A program made the translations under genes and the position numbers. Positions 6,689 through 10,920 of a stretch of DNA of 10,920 nucleotides are shown piece after piece. Source of the DNA: Thermovirgaceae bacterium (lineage in GTDB: Bacteria; Synergistota; Synergistia; Synergistales; Thermovirgaceae); contig JBKHBH010000074.1 in NCBI GenBank assembly GCA_046542505.1, forward strand, positions 1 to 10,920, in the 5' to 3' direction. How positions within the stretch are numbered: position 1 is the first letter of the stretch; each line of letters starts with the position of its first letter. The notes under the pieces are model-generated. The model was not told where the DNA came from. It did not search any database and worked only from the letters and a program-made list of their open reading frames with translations.

Positions 6689-6855
6689 ATGAACTCTGAC
6701 AAGGAGAGTGTGGGGGGATGACTCTGCCGCTCCTCTGGTTTGCTGCCGGCGAGGCGGAACTTGGCACAAAGAGAGCATGGAAAACCTTTGACTGGGCGAC
6801 CATGAACAGGATGGTCCTAGATGCGAGACAGACAAGCTGTTTCTTTGTGAAATGA
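6689..6855 (+). pseudogene. Frameshifted, truncated remnant of a DUF6429-like small protein gene
   Basis: GAGGT RBS, then ATG 6689 gives MNSDKESVGG* (stop at 6719-6721). An overlapping frame from ATG 6718 gives MTLPLLWFAAGEAELGTKRAWKTFDWATMNRM...* (6855). One extra base in the G6 run (6712-6717) fuses the two into a sequence matching my recollection of DUF6429 ('M.yD..kvDemtLALL.l.....RAWK.fdW..lnRL'). The family's downstream 'EKG.I.dP..KaKSV' part is absent. Confidence 0.6.
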
Positions 6856-6880
6856 TTTGATACTTTCACACAAATACAGC
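6836..6880. repeat. Imperfect inverted repeat upstream of the wzz-like gene
   Basis: GCTGTTTCTTTGTGAAA (6836-6852) versus TTTCACACAAATACAGC (6864-6880): 14/17 complementary, with a perfect TGTGAAA-N11-TTTCACA core. Confidence 0.55.
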
Positions 6881-6928
6881 GGGTGATAAATTTTTGACGA
6901 GATGACTTCATAAGACGGAGGATCGAAA

Positions 6929-8248
6929 ATGCCCGAAAAAGACACAAACAACACTTCCGGCAAAGACGAAAAAGATTTCCAGGACCAGCAGCCTGTCCAG
7001 TACATCCAAGTGGCACCCTACGGATCGTATCCTCCCGAGGAAGACGAGATCGACCTTGCGGATTTGTTTGCCGTTTTGTACAGGCGGCGAAAATTCATTG
7101 CCATAGCGACCGTCCTTTTTATTATCCTGGCCTTTGGAATGACGAAGATAATGCCAAAAAAATTCAAGGCCGAAACCATGGTGGAAATAGGGCAGGTTCC
7201 AATAGAGGGAAAATACGAGAAAGTTGAGAGCTCCGATGCCGTGGCAAACCGGATTTCTTCTCTGGTGAAGTTGACAGCCTTGGAAATGTCGAAAGAAACG
7301 GAGACTCTTGGCTTTTCAATCAAAGAGGGTCTTGAAGTTGACGTGCCAAAAGACGGGAATGTTGCCACAATTGGCCTGATAGTTGCCGAAGACGCCACGG
7401 ATAAGGGATTGGATTTTCTTTCTCGGGTAAATGACAAACTCAACCAGGAATACACTCATTTTTTCGAACAATATAAAAACGAGATCCGAGCTGAAATTGC
7501 AAGCAAAAAAATGGAAATAAGAACAGTGAATTCAACGATCTCAAATCTGACGGAAAAAATTGCAAAGGTAAAAGATCAATACGAGAATCGGATGGATGCG
7601 CAACGGGGTCGTATTAATGAACTGGAGCGAACAATCCAAAAGGCAGAAACGCGTCAGGAAGCAATCGAAACAGATTTGGAATCATTACAATTGGAAAAGG
7701 AAGAGTTGTCAAAGAAAATTCAGGAAGTCGAGGAGCGCTATAGCCAGCTTTTGCAAAAAGGGAAAGAATCAGGCACAGGAGGAACTTCTGCGGAAATGAC
7801 TTTGTTAAACACCGAAACGGTGTTTCTCTCGCAAATGCGGGAACGCTTGCTGGTGAAAATTCCCCAGACAATCAAGGAGCTCCGTGAGGAACTGCAAACG
7901 CTCGATGAGAGGATCCGGGAAGCACGGATGAAAAAAGAAGAGGAAACGGAAAGACTTTTGACCCTTTCTCCCGAAAGGGATGAAGAAATCGAGAAAATCC
8001 AGAATCAGATTTTGGAATTGGAAGAATCAAGAGAGCAGATTGCCATCAGCATGGAACAGGATCAAAACAAGCTAGACAATCTGATTACAACCAGTGTGTA
8101 CGCAAATCCGAGACTTTCGGAAAATCCTGTGTCCCCTAACGTCAAGCTCATTGTCGCGCTGGGATTTGTCGGCGGGCTGTTTTTGGCCGTCTTTTTGGCC
8201 TTTATCGCCGAGTTCTGGTCCAGGAACAGGCAGAAAATCACAGGATAA
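6929..8248 (+). CDS. Wzz/FepE/Etk N-terminal domain protein (polysaccharide co-polymerase/chain-length determinant-like) with a long coiled coil
   Basis: 'EDEIDLADLFAVLYRRRKFI' followed by TM1, a large E/K/Q/L-rich helical extracytoplasmic region, Pro-rich 'PRLSENPVSPN', Gly-rich TM2 'ALGFVGGLFLAVFLAF' and a short tail. No kinase domain. GGAGGA RBS at 6917-6922. Confidence 0.85.
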   Translation: MPEKDTNNTSGKDEKDFQDQQPVQYIQVAPYGSYPPEEDEIDLADLFAVLYRRRKFIAIATVLFIILAFGMTKIMPKKFKAETMVEIGQVPIEGKYEKVESSDAVANRISSLVKLTALEMSKETETLGFSIKEGLEVDVPKDGNVATIGLIVAEDATDKGLDFLSRVNDKLNQEYTHFFEQYKNEIRAEIASKKMEIRTVNSTISNLTEKIAKVKDQYENRMDAQRGRINELERTIQKAETRQEAIETDLESLQLEKEELSKKIQEVEERYSQLLQKGKESGTGGTSAEMTLLNTETVFLSQMRERLLVKIPQTIKELREELQTLDERIREARMKKEEETERLLTLSPERDEEIEKIQNQILELEESREQIAISMEQDQNKLDNLITTSVYANPRLSENPVSPNVKLIVALGFVGGLFLAVFLAFIAEFWSRNRQKITG

Positions 8249-8281
8249 GTTCCTTCGTAGACATTAGGTATTGGTGGTTCT

Positions 8282-10920
8282 TTAGAAAAACCACTGAAGG
8301 GTAAGGCGGCCACCATGAGATTCAAAACGGTCGGAACACAATCCTTCATAACTCAAAGATATGTCCAGATTCGACCCGCATCGGGCGGAAAGCAAGAATT
8401 CCACTGAGAAACGGTCCTCATCGAGTGTCTCCGTGTACCATCGAGTATCACCGCCCCAGCTCCGGTCGATGATGATGTCGGACCCGGAAAGATTGTGGAT
8501 CCACGCAAGTCGCAGCTGGGTGTTCAATCGGATTCCTTCATCGATGACACTTTCTTTGATCAACCTGACGCCGAGCAGGCTCTCTGCGATAGTGGTTTCG
8601 AAATCTCCATAGGTGAAACCTTTAGCTTCTTCATAACCATCCCTGATGAAGTACCCGGTGTTCAACCCCACCTCAGGAACGATCCGCCAGCCCCGGCCGG
8701 TCGTTTCCGATTGAGGTGCATACATGGCGCGAATGTCATTGGTTACCGCCCGGCTTGAAAATTTGCCCTTCGCGTCATGTCCTGCCTGTTTTCTGTAACT
8801 TTCGTGTGCTGTAGAATGAAAGGCCAGGGCGTCGGCGAGAACCCAGTTCCCGATCCGCCTGCTGTAATATCCCCCGATGTGCCAGGTATCCTGTTTTTCC
8901 CAGTCGGCGGCCACTTGGCAGGGACCGGTGAAATCAATTTCCCGCTCGGTGTAGCCGGCGAGAAGCCCCCATTTTGTAGCCTCCCTGGAGCCTTTTTCGG
9001 TACCGAAAAGAAGACCTTTCGTTTCGGAATTAAAACCGGCCCTTCGGCTGTAAAAGGAATCGCGGCGGGATTCATCCACCAAAAAGTCGCAATAAATTGA
9101 GGTTTTGTCCTCGTGGGTCATGGCGCTGCCTTCCTCTGCGCTGTGCAGGCGGTTCGCAGCAAAGTGACGAAAGACAGACCATCCGTCGATGGCCGCCGCA
9201 ATTCCGAGAGCCTGTTCAGAGAAGGAATACCCCGCCATACCGGTGAAATGGAGACTCCCGCCCTCGATCCAGCGGGGGCGATAAAAATCAAGATAAGGGC
9301 TTGCTCCGGTGCAGGAAATTTTGTCGAAACGGCCCTTGACGTCTGAGGCCCTGATACATTCGAAAAAGCCGGGATTGGAAACTTGGGAGACGTCAATGGC
9401 AACATCCCCGTCGAGATTTGCCGTGTTTTCGACCCATAAGGGAATGCAGGCGGAAATGTTTTCGCCTGAACCGCAGCCAGCGTAAAGAAACAACGTGGCA
9501 TCAGGAGTCTGGGTATAAGTTTCCGTCACGAATCGGCCGTTTTGGTCGAGCTTGAGGGTGCCCTCTTTGACGAGCGTGTCGCCGCAAGAGGAATGACCTT
9601 GCAGCAACATAGTACCGGTGCCGGCTTTGGTGAAGCGTCCGAAGTTTTGCAATTCTGCAGTGATATCCGTGTTCATGTCCACAAGAAGACTTGAAGTAGC
9701 ATCGCCCTTGAGGATCGTTGAATTTCGAAGGTCAGTCCCGTCAAGAAGCTCCACGCTACTGCCGTTTTCCGCTGTCAGAGCAGATCCGTTGAGACTCGAA
9801 AGGGTCCCGGTGTTGACGAAACGGCCCGCGGTAACGCGTACAGCGTCTCCAAGATGCCCCGAAACGTGGATTTCGCCACTATTTTCCCCCTCTGAACCTT
9901 CCAAAATATGCATCCCGCAAGCGGATTTGCCTTGTGTCTTTATGACGCCCGCATTGTTTCCTGTCGAACCATCGGCAAGAACAATTGCGTTGGCCGCTTC
10001 TCCGTATGTGGTGATGCTTCCCGAGTTAGAAAGGGATGATGCATTTGCGGCGATCAGGCCGTAGCTGTTGGCTCCGCTGGTCTCGACCAATTCGGTGTTT
10101 GTAATTTTCGACCCAGCAAAGGCAGCCATCCCGGGTGCATCAGATCCGGAAGTGACGATGGCCCCCGAATTCAGAGCGGTGGATGCCTCTTTGGCCAGGA
10201 TGCCCGGGGATCCTGTGCCCTCGGTCATGATGGTGCCCGAGTTGACGGCTTCCGATTCGTCCAGGACGGAAATCCCCGGCGAGCCGGTTCCGTTGGTGCA
10301 GATTATGCCGGCGTTTCTTGCCGAGGAATGCCTTTCGGCAAACATGCCAAAGGACGACTCTCCAAGAGTTTGAATGTCCCCGAAATTTTCTGCAGAGGAA
10401 GCGGATTCGACCAACATGCCTGTTGATTCAGTGCCTTCCGTTACGATGACACCGGTATTGTGGGCTTTTGAAAGGCATGAGGCCCACATTCCAATCGAAC
10501 GGTTCCCCGTAGTGATGATCTTTCCCTCGTTGTACGCGTCGGCCTCATTCACGACAGTCATACCGGTATTGCCTTCACCCAACATGAAGATGTCGCCGCT
10601 GTTGAGTACTGAAGCTTTGTCCATTGCCTGCATGCCAAAGGAACTGCCACCAGAGCCCTGGATGTGGCCGGAGTTCTCCAAAACTGCACCGGGTCCTGAC
10701 GCTGACATTCCTTTTGATCCAGTGCCGCTGGAGATTATCGATCCGGAGTTGGTGGCTACAGAATTGTCTAAAGCTTCCATGCCGCTTGAGCGGGGCCCGG
10801 CTGTCTGGATGATACCCGAATTTGTGATTCTCGAATCAGAGCCGGCAGCCATGCCGGGTGCATCGGATCCGGAAGTGACGATGGCCCCCGAATTCAGAGC
10901 GGTGGATGCCTCTTTGGCCA
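8282..10920 (-). CDS. Autotransporter (type V secretion) with repetitive beta-helical passenger; 5' end outside the window
   Basis: The frame stays open past the track's Met at 10852 to the edge (AKEASTALNSGAIVTSGSDAPGM...). It has ~24-aa repeats 'N.G.I.T.G..S.GM.A...S.A.' and a PATR-like motif 'FTKAGTGTMLLQG...GDTLVKEGTLKL'. The ~280-aa C-terminal region has amphipathic beta strands and ends in aromatic residues ('GRLTLQWFF'). Confidence 0.88.
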   Translation of the reverse strand, partial: AKEASTALNSGAIVTSGSDAPGMAAGSDSRITNSGIIQTAGPRSSGMEALDNSVATNSGSIISSGTGSKGMSASGPGAVLENSGHIQGSGGSSFGMQAMDKASVLNSGDIFMLGEGNTGMTVVNEADAYNEGKIITTGNRSIGMWASCLSKAHNTGVIVTEGTESTGMLVESASSAENFGDIQTLGESSFGMFAERHSSARNAGIICTNGTGSPGISVLDESEAVNSGTIMTEGTGSPGILAKEASTALNSGAIVTSGSDAPGMAAFAGSKITNTELVETSGANSYGLIAANASSLSNSGSITTYGEAANAIVLADGSTGNNAGVIKTQGKSACGMHILEGSEGENSGEIHVSGHLGDAVRVTAGRFVNTGTLSSLNGSALTAENGSSVELLDGTDLRNSTILKGDATSSLLVDMNTDITAELQNFGRFTKAGTGTMLLQGHSSCGDTLVKEGTLKLDQNGRFVTETYTQTPDATLFLYAGCGSGENISACIPLWVENTANLDGDVAIDVSQVSNPGFFECIRASDVKGRFDKISCTGASPYLDFYRPRWIEGGSLHFTGMAGYSFSEQALGIAAAIDGWSVFRHFAANRLHSAEEGSAMTHEDKTSIYCDFLVDESRRDSFYSRRAGFNSETKGLLFGTEKGSREATKWGLLAGYTEREIDFTGPCQVAADWEKQDTWHIGGYYSRRIGNWVLADALAFHSTAHESYRKQAGHDAKGKFSSRAVTNDIRAMYAPQSETTGRGWRIVPEVGLNTGYFIRDGYEEAKGFTYGDFETTIAESLLGVRLIKESVIDEGIRLNTQLRLAWIHNLSGSDIIIDRSWGGDTRWYTETLDEDRFSVEFLLSARCGSNLDISLSYEGLCSDRFESHGGRLTLQWFF
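10121..10197. repeat. Direct repeat copy 1 (77 bp) within the autotransporter passenger
   Basis: Matches 10844-10920 at 75/77 positions; offset 723 bp (241 codons). Confidence 0.95.
10844..10920. repeat. Direct repeat copy 2 (at least 77 bp, cut by the window edge)
   Basis: Matches 10121-10197, with differences only at 10853 (g vs c) and 10865 (g vs a). Confidence 0.95.

Noticed and set aside
6690..6760. Glycine- or cobalamin-riboswitch-like look (ctctg...ggagag hairpin)
   Set aside because: The required downstream motifs are missing; the region is better explained as a pseudogene.
6761..6777. Sigma54-like TTGGCAC-N5-GAGCA (GG-N10-GC) upstream of the wzz-like gene
   Set aside because: The -12 element lacks the TTGC consensus, and the sequence lies within the DUF6429-like coding remnant, so chance is likely.
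10121..10920. Diversity-generating retroelement TR/VR interpretation of the 77-bp repeat pair
   Set aside because: Only two mismatches, both synonymous and not adenine-specific. Both copies are in-frame in one gene, and no reverse transcriptase is in the window.

Overview
GC-rich bacterial chromosomal window. The gene set and style suggest an anaerobic diderm, possibly Synergistota; this is an inference only. Left to right it contains: the 5' end of a divergent minus-strand gene (PPC/DUF296-like); a tightly packed probable operon rsmG-parA(soj)-parB(spo0J)-small AtpZ/AtpI-like membrane gene-HIT hydrolase-YigZ/IMPACT, ending in an intrinsic terminator; bioY with its own promoter and a BirA-type operator; a YedA-like EamA/DMT transporter; and a sirtuin. 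From about 6650 the DNA looks accessory: a frameshifted, truncated DUF6429-like gene remnant missed by the ORF track, an AT-rich orphan Wzz/polysaccharide co-polymerase-like gene with a long coiled coil, and a convergent autotransporter that runs off the right edge, with ~24-aa passenger repeats and a near-identical 77-bp internal duplication. No rRNA, tRNA, CRISPR array, transposase or integrase was seen. I found no clear-cut novel system. The best leads are the orphan atpZ/I-like gene after parB, the orphan Wzz/autotransporter pair, and the recently homogenised autotransporter repeats.
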